Below, one piece after another: positions 62,792-64,000 of a stretch of 64,000 nucleotides of DNA; the first letter of the stretch is position 1; every line of letters begins with the position of its first letter. Source of the stretch: an uncultured delta proteobacterium (GTDB lineage: Bacteria > Desulfobacterota > Syntrophia > Syntrophales > UBA5619); assembly GCA_963817385.1 (NCBI GenBank), contig CAWFOM010000005.1:448001-512000 (forward strand). The letters are read 5' to 3'. The translations under genes and the position numbers were made by a program. Under the pieces are notes generated by a model, which made no database searches, was not told where the DNA came from, and saw only the letters and a list, made by a program, of their open reading frames with translations.

Positions 62792-63178
62792 ATGCCACCA
62801 ACCTATTACTTTGATCATGTTCATGTCGTGACCAAAGACCCGAAGGCCACAGCGAACTATTTTCATACGATGTTCGATGCGAAGGTAATCGAATCCGCAC
62901 CTGATGGAAAGCCCCGGATCGACCTGGACCTGAACGGCTTGACCATCTTTCTCTTCCAGGCAGCGCCCGGGGAAAACCTGCCGGCCGCGCCTGCCGGGCG
63001 TTACCTGGGCCTCGACCACTTCGGGCTTCGGGTCGACAATCTGGATGAGACGTGCGCCGAGTTGAAACGGCGGGGAGTGGTATTCACCGCAGAACCCCTT
63101 ACGGTCCGGCCCGGCCTGAAGATCGCTTTTATCCGCGGCCCCGAAAATTCCCGGATTGAAATACTGGAACGCAGCTGA
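62792..63178 (+). CDS. VOC/glyoxalase family protein
   Basis: FDHVH, DHFGLRVD and RIEILE. Confidence 0.88.
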   Translation: MPPTYYFDHVHVVTKDPKATANYFHTMFDAKVIESAPDGKPRIDLDLNGLTIFLFQAAPGENLPAAPAGRYLGLDHFGLRVDNLDETCAELKRRGVVFTAEPLTVRPGLKIAFIRGPENSRIEILERS

Positions 63179-63266
63179 TCCGATCAACGCCGGGGGGCTT
63201 TGACCGTAGTTCATGGGCAGTCACATTTGCCGTTCTGTATGCTATACCGCAAGGGGAGGATTCACC

Positions 63267-64000
63267 ATGGAAGTCGCTCCGAACATCTGCTCTTTTTTTC
63301 TGAAAATTTCCCGGCCTTGTGTGGCTTCTCCGGCGTGACCGTGACCGGACACGCCTTGGCGGCGGAGCTGCGCTTGTATGCCGCCGCCGGCGTAAAATCG
63401 CCTATCATCGAACTGGCCGCTGAATTCGAAAAAGCCTCCGGCCACAGGATTGCGCCGGTGTTCGATACCGCCGGCGCGGCGGAGCAGCGTTTTCTGGCGG
63501 ACAGTGGGGCGACGTTTCTGATCACCACCAAAATCCGCATCCGCGACGCGGAAAAAACCGGGAAATTGAAAAATGGTGTTGTCCACGTGGTCGGCGATAC
63601 CGTCGGAGGATTTGCGGCGTCACCCGGACAAGCCAAACCGGATATCTCGACACCGGAAAAACTCAAAGCCGCCTTGCTTGCCGCGCCGCGCATCGCATTT
63701 TCCGATCCCGCGCGGGGCGCCACCGTCGGCGCGCACTTCATGAGGATGATCGAAACGCTCGGCGTCAAGGCCGAAGTGCTTAAGAAGTCGATACTCGCAA
63801 AAGACGGTGTTGAAACCATGCGTATGATCCTTGCCGGCGAAGCGGATCTCGGGGTCACCCAGCTCAGCGAGGTCGTACAGGCCAACCGTGCGGCGCTGGT
63901 CGGCCCGTTTCCCAAGGAGTATGACCTCGCCACTACATATTCGCTCTGGTACCGGACCGATGCCGCGCCGGCAGCGAAGGCGTTTGCCGAGCTCGTTACC
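63267..64000 (+). CDS. ModA-like substrate-binding protein, runs off the window; start region frame-disturbed
   Basis: AELRLYAAAG...FEKASGH, KPDISTPEKLKAALLAA, DPARGATVG and GEADLG. The ATG at 63267 has a strong RBS but is out of frame with the body. Confidence 0.7.

Overview
Bacterial chromosomal window. The gene order lysS-lolE-lolD-bamA-skp-lpxD-lpxA and the sigma-54, HDOD and acyl-CoA ligase content suggest a deltaproteobacterium (Desulfobacterota/Syntrophales-like); this is inference. 1-20.9 kb is an AT-richer surface-glycan (O-antigen-like) locus with five SAM methyltransferase domains, two methyltransferase-coiled-coil proteins, several GT2/GT4 enzymes, a GT-C-like protein, a Wzx-type flippase, a WbpL-like gene and a CapD-like gene. 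21-39.3 kb is a minus-strand outer-membrane/lipid A/core operon. 39.5-49 kb holds housekeeping and metabolic genes. 49.1-51.8 kb contains tRNA-Arg(ACG), two decayed copies of its 3' half, a small-ORF mini-island and an IS. 51.9-64 kb holds HDOD/GGDEF genes, two lytic transglycosylases, serS with two tRNA-Ser, a radical SAM gene and others. Top observations: (1) three ~180-190 bp palindromic elements inside the lipid A operon share a covarying core with GC-GNA-GC minihairpins, while each has its own self-complementary outer arms; (2) a sigma-54 promoter with paired upstream sites precedes three small orphan ORFs between tRNA-fragment repeats; (3) 21-bp and 63-bp tandem repeats preserve heptad register in WbdD-like coiled coils; (4) a ~200 bp duplication brackets a methyltransferase gene. 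Eleven +1 frameshifts, including in ssb and lolE, look like sequencing errors. No CRISPR array or rRNA was seen.
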